A stretch of 64,000 bases of DNA from Candidatus Bathyarchaeota archaeon (GTDB taxonomy: Archaea; Thermoproteota; Bathyarchaeia; Bathyarchaeales; Bathycorpusculaceae), in assembly GCA_963782525.1 (NCBI GenBank), contig CAWAKC010000007.1:348165-412164 (forward strand), given 5' to 3'. The notes beneath the pieces are model-generated. The model was not told where the DNA came from. It worked only from the letters and a program-made list of their open reading frames with translations, and made no database searches. Positions 37,658-48,017 of this stretch are shown in pieces (the stretch's first letter is position 1; every line of letters begins with the position of its first letter). Position numbers and translations under genes: made by a program.

Positions 37658-38386
37658 TCACATTTTTTCGACAATCAGTTCTTTTGCAAAGCCAGCAAGA
37701 AACTCAACGTTCAATTTTGTCAAGTACCAAAAAGTTGATGCACTTAAGTTACTAAGCGCCGCAAACGGTGTAAAAATGAACCTTGCAGCCATTCTCCTAG
37801 CCAATTTGTATAGCCCGAAATGACCATACCGTCTATACGATATACCGATGGTAACGTAGTTTTTTGATGTGCCTAAATGTGTAGCTCCGAGAAACGGCAG
37901 AACTTTCCAGATGTAGCCTGTTTTCTGGACATAGCGTTTGAAGTACTGGTCTTCGCCAAAAAACAGTTTTGGCGGGTTATAGTTTTCCATGAGTTTGCGG
38001 CGTATGATGATGTTGTTGATGTGTGGGTTTGTATCGAGTTTGCTCAGGTTGTATACTGTGCCAACTACACGCTCGTATGCTGCGACATGCTTGTTCTTGT
38101 GGACTGCAACGGTGCCGATGGCGCCGACTTTGGGTGAAATTGCTTTGGTGACCACTTGGAGCCAGTTTTCGGGTAGAAGCATGTCGTCGTCAACCATCGC
38201 CACCCACTCGGTACTTGCCTGCAGGACTCCATGTTTCCGAGCGGTACTGAGAGGTTTTTCGTGTGTGTTTATGACTTGCCCCGTGCATGGCATGCGCCTA
38301 AGTTGATGCATAAGTGTTAGGTTAGCCTTGTCTCTTGAGGGCACCACAAAATCGACTTTCATGTCACTCTCGGAGCAGGATGGCAT
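37658..38386 (-). CDS. glycosyltransferase family 2
   Basis: VDFVVPS, ARKHG, MVDDD and GED motifs. Confidence 0.8.
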   Translation of the reverse strand: MPSCSESDMKVDFVVPSRDKANLTLMHQLRRMPCTGQVINTHEKPLSTARKHGVLQASTEWVAMVDDDMLLPENWLQVVTKAISPKVGAIGTVAVHKNKHVAAYERVVGTVYNLSKLDTNPHINNIIIRRKLMENYNPPKLFFGEDQYFKRYVQKTGYIWKVLPFLGATHLGTSKNYVTIGISYRRYGHFGLYKLARRMAARFIFTPFAALSNLSASTFWYLTKLNVEFLAGFAKELIVEKM

Positions 38387-38460
38387 AGAGGCATAATGTT
38401 CATGTTTAAGTTAAATAGTTTACCGCAACCAAAAAACCCCTAATCTGGGCAGAGAATAGG

Positions 38461-39876
38461 TTACATGTTAAGGATTTTGACGGCTTTTTGGGCGGCACGC
38501 CTGTAGCTCTTCTTTGTTATCATACCCTTCTGGATTCCATTGAGTAGTTGCAGAATCATGCCCTGCTTAACATGCTCCACCATCTGTTGCTCGCTGATGC
38601 CTGGTAGACGCATGCAGTTGCCGATTTTAACGTTGTATGCGGCGATGTCGAATTTTTTGGCTATGTTGTAGAGTTTGGAGCCTATGATGGGGTTGGTTAT
38701 GGACCAGGAAATGTACTCGATTAGGTTGTCTCTTAGACAGGCTTTTGCGAATTCTAAGGTGTTGTTGACTTCTTCGGGGGTCTCGTACTCGAGTTTGCCG
38801 TTGGTTTCCCACGCATTGTAAAGCATGAGGAAACCGTAGACTTTAATTTGGTATTTCTTGAGCAGCTCAAGCGTTCGAACGTTGTCAGCTTGTGTCGCAT
38901 TTTTGCCGATGCCCTTAAGCACACGGTCGTTGGCGGATTCAAGACCAATGTGGACAAGCCAAACATGGATTTCGCTTAGTTTCTTTGCTAATTCATCATT
39001 TAGTTTGTCTGCCCGCAGGTTACATTGGAACGTCATGCCCTTGAGGTGCAGTTTTTCGATTTCGCTGCAGACTTCCAGGCACCATTTTATCTCAACGTTG
39101 AAGGTGTCGGAGCGTAAGTAGATTTCTCGGATGCCCCTGTCGTAGAGGTAGTTGACTTCTTCGGCGATGTTTTTTGGGGAACGCTGCCGTATCCAGGGCT
39201 TTTCAAGTTTCCAAACGGGGTTGCTGCAGTAGGTGCAGTAGTTGGGGCAGCCACGAATTGGCAGCATGTATGCCATGCGCTTCTTCTTGCTTACGGCTAC
39301 GTCGTAGTTTTCAAAGTCTATTAGTTCCCATGCTGGGAAGAAATCGATATCTTTTAGGAGTGGTCGGACGCCGTTGTTTTTCTGTTTGTTGATTGTTCCC
39401 ACGATGTCGTTTATTGGCTCTTTGGCTTGGACTTTTCTGATTAGTTCAGTGGTGGTTTCTTCGCCTTCGCCGATTATGCAGACTTCGATCGGGGTGTTTT
39501 TGAGGACGTCTTGGGGGTCGATGGTTGGGTGTGGACCGCCTGCAACCATGAGCATCGGCAAACCCATCTCTTTGACTTTGGTTATGGTTTCAAAGGAGAG
39601 ATCTCTTCGGGGAGTAGTGAAAGATATGGCATAAACATCCGGTTTTATTTCTTTGACTTTTTGTAGGTGTTCCTCCAGGGAGAGGAACGGTTCAAGATAA
39701 GTAAACTTAACCTTCGGCAAGCGTCGTTTAGCGTAGCCAATTATGTAGAGGATTCCAAGGTTCGGTGACTCAGTCACGGCTTCCCCTTTGCCTTCACGAC
39801 CAAATGGGGGGTCAGCAAAAACAACTTTAAGCTTTTTTTGGGGCGCCATATTTTGTTTTGTCACCGAAACTGCCAT
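38461..39876 (-). CDS. B12-binding radical SAM protein
   Basis: N-terminal cobalamin domain (GGPHPT, IGEGE), RGCPNYCTYC, GLES. Confidence 0.92.
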   Translation of the reverse strand: MAVSVTKQNMAPQKKLKVVFADPPFGREGKGEAVTESPNLGILYIIGYAKRRLPKVKFTYLEPFLSLEEHLQKVKEIKPDVYAISFTTPRRDLSFETITKVKEMGLPMLMVAGGPHPTIDPQDVLKNTPIEVCIIGEGEETTTELIRKVQAKEPINDIVGTINKQKNNGVRPLLKDIDFFPAWELIDFENYDVAVSKKKRMAYMLPIRGCPNYCTYCSNPVWKLEKPWIRQRSPKNIAEEVNYLYDRGIREIYLRSDTFNVEIKWCLEVCSEIEKLHLKGMTFQCNLRADKLNDELAKKLSEIHVWLVHIGLESANDRVLKGIGKNATQADNVRTLELLKKYQIKVYGFLMLYNAWETNGKLEYETPEEVNNTLEFAKACLRDNLIEYISWSITNPIIGSKLYNIAKKFDIAAYNVKIGNCMRLPGISEQQMVEHVKQGMILQLLNGIQKGMITKKSYRRAAQKAVKILNM

Positions 39877-39988
39877 CCACTACTCACTTTTCCATGCAGG
39901 CGTATATATTTTGCTACTTAGGGGCTTCAAGTAAACTACTTAAACTCCAAGCGGGAAATGTTACGCACACACTTGAGGCATAACTGAG

Positions 39989-41125
39989 TTGGCAACTTTC
40001 CTTGTAGTTCACCCATACCTCGACATCTACGGCGGCGGCGAACGTGTCTGCCACAACGTAATCAAAACCTTAGTGTTGCATGGGCAGAAGGTGGAGTTGT
40101 TAACTTTCGATTTTGACGCTAACCGCTACAGGGATATTGTGGGTGAAGATTTCCCAAAGGACGTTGCTGTTCATTCTCTGGGCAAGCGGATCGAGGTTGA
40201 GCCACCCTTTACAATCTATAAGAGGCACCGCAACTTCGTCAAGTTGCTAAAGAAGTACCATAACCAGTTGGAATACGATTACCTGTTCTCGACACAATCA
40301 TCCTCGCCCTTTGAACCCGTGTTCCTCAACAAAGCAAAAAAGAATATAGCCTACGTTCATTTCCCAGAAATACATTACGATTACGCCCGAGGCGCGTTCA
40401 AACGCAAACTGTACCTTTGGCTTTTCAAGCATTGGGTTGAGCAGGGCATCGATAAGCTGGACATGATTTTCTGCAATAGCAATTACACCAAAGAAGCCAT
40501 ACAGCGCTACTGGAAGAGCCATGGCGTAAAAGAACCCATAATCGTTTATCCTGCAGTTAACTTGGAAAAATTCTGGTCTGACAAACCCCTTTCAAAGAGG
40601 AAAAAACGGGTAGTCTATGTTGCTCGTTTCATCCCAGTGAAAAGGCATGAAATCATGAAAAGGTTAGCTGCTGAACTCCCAGACTATGAATTCGTTAGTG
40701 TCGGCGGATTAATAGATGCAGAGAAAGCTTGGTTTAATCGGTTTTCACAAAATCTGCCCTCGAACTACACCCTAAAAACCAATCTGCCCGGATCCGAACT
40801 ACTAAACATTCTCCATGACTCTCGAATTTACATTCACCTCATGGAAGGAGAACACTTTGGCATTGCACCCGTGGAGGGCTTAGCAAGCGGCTGCGTCACT
40901 ATAGTACATAACAGCGGCGGCATGAAAGAGTTCATCCCCGAAGAATTCCGATGGGAAACCTATGATGATTTGAAAGCAAAAATCGTCAATTACATGGATG
41001 AGGAAGCAAGCGCAAGCTGGGACACAATTCGTTTACAGCTATGGAGTAATATTTCATTGCTGACTCCAGAGAACTTCCAAAACCACATATGGTCCCACGT
41101 TAAAATTTTAATCGAACAAAAATAA
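39989..41125 (+). CDS. glycosyltransferase family 4 (Alg11-like)
   Basis: HPYLDIYGGGERV, YVHFP, NSNYT and EHFGIAPVEGLASG motifs. Confidence 0.92.
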   Translation: MATFLVVHPYLDIYGGGERVCHNVIKTLVLHGQKVELLTFDFDANRYRDIVGEDFPKDVAVHSLGKRIEVEPPFTIYKRHRNFVKLLKKYHNQLEYDYLFSTQSSSPFEPVFLNKAKKNIAYVHFPEIHYDYARGAFKRKLYLWLFKHWVEQGIDKLDMIFCNSNYTKEAIQRYWKSHGVKEPIIVYPAVNLEKFWSDKPLSKRKKRVVYVARFIPVKRHEIMKRLAAELPDYEFVSVGGLIDAEKAWFNRFSQNLPSNYTLKTNLPGSELLNILHDSRIYIHLMEGEHFGIAPVEGLASGCVTIVHNSGGMKEFIPEEFRWETYDDLKAKIVNYMDEEASASWDTIRLQLWSNISLLTPENFQNHIWSHVKILIEQK

Positions 41126-41875
41126 ATGCTACCCATACCTGCTGGTTAGAACTATAACCTCCTATTTCAGCCCATTTCTGGTCCTGTTTCTCAATAATTT
41201 CGAGGTTGCGGTAGCTGGGTTTTATTTCATTCCAGAATTTGTCTTCCTCGCAACCAGATGTATGGTCATGTGTAGCAATATCGTGGAATGCAACCAATCC
41301 GCCTTTTCGGACTCGAGGGGAATACATTTGAAAATCTTGCTTGACACCTTGATATGTGTGGTCTCCGTCAATAAACATGAAATCACCTTTCTCGTCCTTA
41401 GAAACGCCCTATTTTCCAAGTGCTTCTGCGTTGTGGGAGTCTGCTCGATTAACTAGATAACCTTTTTCCTAAACAAAGAATTGAAAGGCGGAATTTACCA
41501 ATAATCATAGCCCCCTCCAAAGGATCCAACGGGTAAATCAACGCTTAGTATTTTTCAGGATTGACAGTGTGCGTAAAAAGAAAAGCGCTCCGCCACTTTC
41601 TGACCCAATTTCGACGATTATCTTGGGATTTAATTCTTTGACAGTTTGTACAGGTCAGCAATTTCCGACTTTATCTGCAAGGGTTTAAAACTTCCAATCC
41701 AAGACTTATGGATTTTTGGTTATTCTCAAAACTAAAAACAGGGTCAACCAGTTTACTGATGTCTCTGTTCGCAGCCATCTGCGAGAGTATTCATTTTGCG
41801 ATCTGCGATTCTTGACCCATAAAGGTGCATATAAACTTCAAAAAAGGGCTTGACGATTTTTCGAGCAATTTCCAT
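41100..41875 (-). pseudogene. class I SAM-dependent methyltransferase (Methyltransf_24-like), multiply disrupted
   Basis: Fragments in different frames with stops: KELNPKIIVEIGSESGG, SVDLPVGSFGGGY and FIDGDHTYQGVKQDF..GGLVAFHDI. Confidence 0.85.
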
Positions 41876-41959
41876 GGTTTTCCTTTTGTAACTAACTTTT
41901 TTGGTCCTTTTAACGCATACGAAAAGGTTTTGTAATCATTTGGATCTAATAATTGTCTT

Positions 41960-43150
41960 CTAACTTGCCTTTGCTAGGTTCTCGATGTCTTTAGCAACAG
42001 ATTTGCGGTTTAAGATTGGTCTCCAAAACTCTGCTATTTTCTGCCGATCGTACATTCCATTATCCCATTTTATAGAGTCTTGAAGAAGCGCAGCAAAAAT
42101 TGCTTTCTTTTCAAATAAAGGCGCTGTTGTCCCTGAGAACCCCTGCATCGAAAGAAAATGCAAACTCTCCAATGGTGTTCCTGCAATCGAGCATCCTGTA
42201 CAGAGAGCTTCAGCTGAAGCAATTGAGAAGCTTTCCCATCTTGATGGCACAAAAAATATCTTAGACTTCATCAGAAGAGACTTTATCTTTTTGCGTTCAA
42301 CGAAACCCAAAATTTCAACTCGAGCTTTAACATTTTCAGGTGCATCTCCCATTAATTTCTTCAACTGCTCGGTGCCATTTCCAAAAACAATAACCCTGTA
42401 GTCTTTCCTCTCTTTTAAGAAGTCCACAACAGTTTCTACCATAATCCGAGTGTTCTTCTGCCTGTAATCATCCCATCGACCGTAGGAAACGACGATATTT
42501 TCTTTTTTGCCAATTTCGCCCTCAACAAACTCTGGGGTGACAGGGTTAGGTACAAAGTGGGTTTTTTTTATCAGGTCGCTTCTGTTCCATGCTGCCAAAA
42601 AGTAATTGAGGTTATCGAGGGCTTCTGGGCTTTCGATAATTGCGCCGTCGCTGAGTTCTATTTGCTTGATTGTTTCAGCCGCTGCTTTAGCATGTCGGTT
42701 GAGCTTTGCAGATTTGGAAGCAAGATGCCACCAAACATCGCTTGCGAGGTTGCGAATAGTTAAGCGTTCGTTTAGGGGAACTCTAAACGAGTGTCTTTCG
42801 AGTGGGTATGCGATTCTACCGTCGCTGTCAAATTTGAGAAAAACCTTCTTTTTCCCTAACTTCATTTTCTTTATAAGCGGCGAGTAGTAAGCGCCTTGCA
42901 GTGGGTAAGCGATTATTGTGTTTCCATTGTTTTTTAGCCAAAATTGCTCGTCATAGAATTCTTTTAAAGGGTGCTGGTCTAGTTGAAATTTTGGGTTATA
43001 GTTTTCTAAGTCTTTTTTTACAGTTGTAATGACGCCAGAGTTTACTCCAATATCAAGTAATCCTAAGGGAATCTGGCCAGGATCTTTGAGTTCATGAAAG
43101 GGACAGTATAAATCAAAAAACACGGATATTTTCATAGTGTCTCTTTCCAT
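41960..43150 (-). CDS. glycosyltransferase family 4
   Basis: GRWDDYRQKN and PSRWESFSIASAEALCTG motifs. Confidence 0.88.
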   Translation of the reverse strand: MERDTMKISVFFDLYCPFHELKDPGQIPLGLLDIGVNSGVITTVKKDLENYNPKFQLDQHPLKEFYDEQFWLKNNGNTIIAYPLQGAYYSPLIKKMKLGKKKVFLKFDSDGRIAYPLERHSFRVPLNERLTIRNLASDVWWHLASKSAKLNRHAKAAAETIKQIELSDGAIIESPEALDNLNYFLAAWNRSDLIKKTHFVPNPVTPEFVEGEIGKKENIVVSYGRWDDYRQKNTRIMVETVVDFLKERKDYRVIVFGNGTEQLKKLMGDAPENVKARVEILGFVERKKIKSLLMKSKIFFVPSRWESFSIASAEALCTGCSIAGTPLESLHFLSMQGFSGTTAPLFEKKAIFAALLQDSIKWDNGMYDRQKIAEFWRPILNRKSVAKDIENLAKAS

Positions 43151-43236
43151 TCTTTAAGAATTATTCTATGACGGATTTAACTATTTATTATTTCAGCGCT
43201 TAACGATTCGACAATAAATCTTTTGTATGTAGGCAA

Positions 43237-43848
43237 ATGCTAAATATACAAAGGAACCATGTAAATCAAAAGGGGTTTTACCAAAAAGTGAAGTTGCCGT
43301 TCAGTCGAACCTTCCAAAACTACTTCATCGAGAAGCAGGAAAAAAAAAGGTTAGCCATAACTTTGGCTGGCTGGAGTTTTAGCCCTTTTAGGATTGGCAT
43401 GATTAAGTATGAAATTGTCGATTGGGAAAAACATTATTTACCGATTGATTTTCGAGGCAAAGTCATTTTGGATGTTGGCGCTGGCGAAGGTGAGACAGCG
43501 ATGTTTTTCCTAAAGCATGGCGCTTCCAAAGTTGTGTGTATTGAGTCTTGCACAGATGCCTACAAGTTTCTTGCTATTAACGCACATATTCATCCTGATC
43601 AAATAACCGCGATTAACGATAAATTCCAGCTTAGCCAGCTCAAGATTCCGCATCACTTTCTCAAAATGGATATCGAGGGGTACGAAGAAGCTTTGCTTGC
43701 GGTAAAACTTGAAACTCCCGCTGCCGTAGAAGTTCATGGCTTGCAGTTATGTGACAAGTTTGAGGCTGAGGGTTGGCGAATTAAAGCTTTAAATGAAGAA
43801 TGCGCAAAAGGGTACGGCTGCACTAAATACGCTTATTGGCGATGCTAA
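43237..43848 (+). CDS. FkbM-like SAM-dependent methyltransferase
   Basis: ILDVGAGEG, LKMDIEGYE and EVH motifs. Confidence 0.85.
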   Translation: MLNIQRNHVNQKGFYQKVKLPFSRTFQNYFIEKQEKKRLAITLAGWSFSPFRIGMIKYEIVDWEKHYLPIDFRGKVILDVGAGEGETAMFFLKHGASKVVCIESCTDAYKFLAINAHIHPDQITAINDKFQLSQLKIPHHFLKMDIEGYEEALLAVKLETPAAVEVHGLQLCDKFEAEGWRIKALNEECAKGYGCTKYAYWRC

Positions 43849-43882
43849 GAAGTTTGTGTTACCCACTGAAAAAGGCATCTGA

Positions 43883-45094
43883 ATGTTGATGTTGAAAATT
43901 GCATCAAAAAAATTAGGAAATATAGTTGAAAGAGAATTTTATAAAAAACTTAATGAGCGCCACAGATATTTCCCGAAGGCTCGGGGCCAACTTGAAATTA
44001 ATTTAGTAACTTCATTGAACGAGCAATGTGGAATTGCAACATATTCGGCTTTCTTAGCCGAAGAACTCCAAAAGAAAGTTAAATTGTACATTACAAGTTT
44101 ACCAACCAAAAATGCGATAAACCCTTGCTTCAAAATTTTAGGTTACAGCGTTGGCAATTCGCATGATTTAGTTCATGTACAATTTGAGTACGGTTTATTT
44201 CCAAGCTTAAAGCTGGGAAAACGGACTTTAACAGCTTTTTCTGCTCTACCTTTCTATTTTGGACTCGCAATGGGAAACCGACGCGTGGTAACAACTGTTC
44301 ATGAACCCAGAAAAGCTGGGTCAGCAGGTGTTCGAAGTGGGCATTTCTATACAAATTTGCTCGATAAAGTCATTTTTGCTGTTTCCGATATCATAATTGT
44401 ACATACAAGGGAAAGCAAGCAATTGATGAAAACTTTCTATGGCGTAGAAGAATCTAAATTGAGCATAATTCCACATGGAAGTTACCAGAAACCTGACTTC
44501 AAAAACAAAGATGAATGTAAACGCAGACTCAACTTACAAGATAGAGTTGTGATAACTATTCTGGGGTTTGTAACCCCAAAAAAAGGGCACGATATAGTAA
44601 TTCCTCTTCTTCCAAAAATAGATAGAAACGTTCAGCTTGTAATTGCAGGTGGACCCCAAAATGCCCAAGATGAACAATACATAAGCAAACTAAAGAAACT
44701 CGCCGAACAAAATCACTGCGCAGAGAGGGTAACGTTCACGGGGTACCTTTCTGATTTTACGGATGTTCTTAATGCAACTGACGTAGCTTTGCTTCCATAT
44801 AGAAATGTCACTGATAGTGGCGTGCTGCATCTGCTAACAGCCTACGGCGTGCCAATAATAGCTTCAGATTTAGAGGCTTTCAGAGAAGTCTACGATGAAT
44901 ACGGCTGTCTGATACTTTTCAAAAGTGGAGACTCCCAAGACCTTCTTGCAAAAACGCAAGAGTTACTCGGGAATCAACATCAAAGAGATTTGTTAAAGTC
45001 AAATTGTTTGGCAATGTGGAACGCAACTAATTGGAGTAACATCGCCCAAAAGCATGTTCAGCTATACCGTGAAGTTCTTTCAAAAACTAGTTAA
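43883..45094 (+). CDS. glycosyltransferase family 4
   Basis: CGIATY, HVQFEYGLF, GFVTPKKG and LPY..SGVL motifs. Confidence 0.9.
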   Translation: MLMLKIASKKLGNIVEREFYKKLNERHRYFPKARGQLEINLVTSLNEQCGIATYSAFLAEELQKKVKLYITSLPTKNAINPCFKILGYSVGNSHDLVHVQFEYGLFPSLKLGKRTLTAFSALPFYFGLAMGNRRVVTTVHEPRKAGSAGVRSGHFYTNLLDKVIFAVSDIIIVHTRESKQLMKTFYGVEESKLSIIPHGSYQKPDFKNKDECKRRLNLQDRVVITILGFVTPKKGHDIVIPLLPKIDRNVQLVIAGGPQNAQDEQYISKLKKLAEQNHCAERVTFTGYLSDFTDVLNATDVALLPYRNVTDSGVLHLLTAYGVPIIASDLEAFREVYDEYGCLILFKSGDSQDLLAKTQELLGNQHQRDLLKSNCLAMWNATNWSNIAQKHVQLYREVLSKTS

Positions 45095-46131
45095 GCTTGG
45101 TTTCTTGGATCCAAAAAAAGAATCAACCCATCAAAGCCCGCCCGCAAATATGTGAGCGCACCTACAAGAGTATGGTGCTTGAGCTCCACGGCGGTCTTAA
45201 GCCACAATTCAAAACCGAAAAAATAAACCAAAAACTTCGCTTGATCCCCTAATGTGAGGTTTCGTTTTGCAAACAAGAGTCGATTACGATTAAGGTAATA
45301 TTGACGTTTAAGGTTATTTTCGCCTCCGATTGAGCAAGCTACTTTGTGCCAAACCTTAGATTCAGGGATGTAGACGACTTTAAAACCAGCTTTTTTTGCT
45401 CTAAAACAAAGGTCAGTTTCTTCCCAATACGCCCAATACTTTGTATATAGTAGTCCAACTTTGTCTAAAACGGTCCTTCTGATAAGCATGCATGAACCTT
45501 CGATTTTGTCAACCTCACGTGGTCGCTTTGACACCGAACAGAATTCTTTTCCTTTCACTCGCCACAATGTGAGGTTTTCTCCAGCAAAGTCAACGGTTGT
45601 TGGGTCATCATAATAGTAAATGGTTGGACCCGCGACACCAATTTGCGGTGTCCTTTCTGAGTGCGCAATCATTTCAGAGAGAAACTCCTTATCCACCACT
45701 ATATCATTGTTGAGGAGAAGTACATAGTCTGCGCATTGCTTTTGGGCTAACATTATGGCAATGTTTGTGCCCCTTGCAAATCCATAGTTCGTATTATTCT
45801 CAACAAATAGCAATTCTTTGTTAAACTCCCATGGAACCTTTGCTTTTTGGGGCTTGATAAGTTTAAGCGGTTTGTTAACGGGCGAGTATTGAACGAACTT
45901 TGATTCAACAAGTAGTTTCCCTTTTGCGTATTCTCCAATTTTGTTAACTGAGTCATCTTTTGAGCCGTTGTCTACAAGAATTATTTCGTATGAAGAGTAG
46001 TCGATTCGGTAAATGCTTTCAAGGCATTCGATCGTATTTTTCCAGCCATTCCAATTGAGAATGACGATGGCAACTTTCGGGAGAGATTTTTTGTTTGAAC
46101 TTTCCCTTTGACTGCTTGTGTGTTCAGTCAT
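45091..46131 (-). CDS. glycosyltransferase family 2 (rhamnosyltransferase-like)
   Basis: IVILNWNG, VDNGSKD, LLLNND and YWEETDLC motifs. Confidence 0.92.
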   Translation of the reverse strand: MTEHTSSQRESSNKKSLPKVAIVILNWNGWKNTIECLESIYRIDYSSYEIILVDNGSKDDSVNKIGEYAKGKLLVESKFVQYSPVNKPLKLIKPQKAKVPWEFNKELLFVENNTNYGFARGTNIAIMLAQKQCADYVLLLNNDIVVDKEFLSEMIAHSERTPQIGVAGPTIYYYDDPTTVDFAGENLTLWRVKGKEFCSVSKRPREVDKIEGSCMLIRRTVLDKVGLLYTKYWAYWEETDLCFRAKKAGFKVVYIPESKVWHKVACSIGGENNLKRQYYLNRNRLLFAKRNLTLGDQAKFLVYFFGFELWLKTAVELKHHTLVGALTYLRAGFDGLILFLDPRNQA

Positions 46132-46256
46132 TGTTTGCCATCCTTGTTATGCGCATAGATTTTATTATAGTGGACGAGCAGTTAAATTAGCTATCCTTCT
46201 CATTGCAGAGGGTTTATAACTAAAAAAGTATCCCTTAGTTGGCAATTGAGTAAGCG

Positions 46257-47756
46257 ATGATAAAGCTCAGAATCGACGTTGATTACCCCTACCCTTCGAG
46301 GGCAAAAAGTTTCCTGTATGTAGCTTTGAGGATAAAAAACCGAAAAAGCAAAGACTACTTGAAGAACGCGTTTATTATTGCCAGAATGATAAATGAGTCG
46401 CCCAGAGAAGTAAGGGGCTACTGGTTTTTTACACCCTATACCCTCCCTAACAAGGAACTGCTCGAGTTACTGAATCCAGAAAGGCATGAAATCGCGCTTC
46501 ACGTAGCAAACAACCCTGTTGAAGAATTGAAGGTTTTAGAGGAAAAAACCAACCGCAAAGTAACCTACTACACCATTCACGGAACCCAACGCGTATTCGC
46601 TAGGTTGCTTTGGGGTCGCAAACTCAGCCAATCCCAAGCAAGAATTCCCCCTGACTTCTCGTTGACTTCCTTCCACAACTTTACCACGATGAGCTTGGAC
46701 AGGGAACGTTACCGGCTTGGCTTCGAAAAGTCCTTATCGGCTGCTGAAGAATGGATTGACCAAGACGTTGTTTTGTCTTTTCACCCTGAATGGTTGCTAG
46801 AGCAGAATAAGAAGAACCAAAGGGGACCAATTTACGATGTGCTCAAAACAACTCTTAAAGTGGACCCAGAGTTTGACAGCTTAAGCGTTAGGAAAAAATT
46901 GTTTATCAAATTAGGTCATGACACTTACGAATACCAAAAAAACATCACTCCGACACCCATGTTCATTAAAAAATTGATCGAACATAAAGTAGACGTCTAC
47001 ACTTTTCTGGAGCGAACATGGTGCTGTCCCATAACTAATCCGTCAAGCAACTGGATTAAAACTGAAGACAACGTTGGGTTACTGGAACTCAAAAGTTACA
47101 ATGACTGGTGGCAGGAAATCAGCAAAAAAACCCGCAACCTTGTGCGCAAATCAGAGAAAAGCGGAATAAAAGTTTCCATTGTTGAGCCAAGCGACAAGAT
47201 AGCTGAAGGCATCTGGAAAATCTACAATGAAACGCCAATCCGCCAAGGACGCGTATTCACCCACTATGGCGAGTCACTCCAAACCGTTAAAAAAAACATA
47301 CATGATGAAAAAAACAACGCCTTCATAAGCGCATACATAGGCGAAGAGCTCGTTGGCTTCATCCAATTAGCCTACGGCGACCAAATAGCTATAGTCTCCA
47401 ACCTCCTTTCGATGCAGGTGCACTGGAATAAATCAGTCAACAATGCCTTGCTTGCCAAAGCCGTCGAAGTCTGCGTATCCAAGGGGCAAAAATGGTTAAT
47501 GTACGGCAGAATGGGCAATCACCCATCGCTAGACAAGTTTAAAGGAAACAACGGTTTTGCTAAAGTCAAAATTGCACGCTACTACATAGCCCTCTCAAGG
47601 AAGGGCAGGCTGGCTATACGCTTGGGTTTGCAAAAGGAACTGAGGGATTCTTTGATAAACTCACAGAACACACTGAAGGACCCTTTGATTTCAGCTTCAA
47701 ACTGGGCAAGCAGAACAAAAGTTAAACTTAAACTTCAACTTAGAAAACTAAAGTAG
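46257..47756 (+). CDS. fusion of polysaccharide-deacetylase-like and GNAT/FemAB-like domains
   Basis: N-half LRIDVD, EIALH, HG, SFHP; C-half ISKKTRNLVRKSEKSG...LDKFKGNNGF. Confidence 0.65.
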   Translation: MIKLRIDVDYPYPSRAKSFLYVALRIKNRKSKDYLKNAFIIARMINESPREVRGYWFFTPYTLPNKELLELLNPERHEIALHVANNPVEELKVLEEKTNRKVTYYTIHGTQRVFARLLWGRKLSQSQARIPPDFSLTSFHNFTTMSLDRERYRLGFEKSLSAAEEWIDQDVVLSFHPEWLLEQNKKNQRGPIYDVLKTTLKVDPEFDSLSVRKKLFIKLGHDTYEYQKNITPTPMFIKKLIEHKVDVYTFLERTWCCPITNPSSNWIKTEDNVGLLELKSYNDWWQEISKKTRNLVRKSEKSGIKVSIVEPSDKIAEGIWKIYNETPIRQGRVFTHYGESLQTVKKNIHDEKNNAFISAYIGEELVGFIQLAYGDQIAIVSNLLSMQVHWNKSVNNALLAKAVEVCVSKGQKWLMYGRMGNHPSLDKFKGNNGFAKVKIARYYIALSRKGRLAIRLGLQKELRDSLINSQNTLKDPLISASNWASRTKVKLKLQLRKLK

Positions 47757-48017
47757 AAGACCAGCCAAGAGACGGTTTAGTTCTTGCTTGTCTTTGATGC
47801 CTCGAAAAATTGCCTTGCCATTAGCATAGAGACGAAAAGAAGCACCTTGGAAAGTTAACTCAAAAATTATTCCAGCAATTGTGTTTTTAAGGGTGGCTTT
47901 TTTTAGGATGTTGGCTATGGCTTCATCTTTTTTTTCGTACTTGAAAACTACGATGACGTCGCTTTCTGCTCCGCAGGTTCCTTCAATTTGCGAGACATAG
48001 TCGTCGACGGTTGGCAT
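47748..48017 (-). CDS. small protein resembling the C-terminal domain of MoeB/ThiF
   Basis: GTCG and FRLYANGKAIFRGIKDKQEL; coupled to the sufS stop. Confidence 0.6.
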   Translation of the reverse strand: MPTVDDYVSQIEGTCGAESDVIVVFKYEKKDEAIANILKKATLKNTIAGIIFELTFQGASFRLYANGKAIFRGIKDKQELNRLLAGLLL

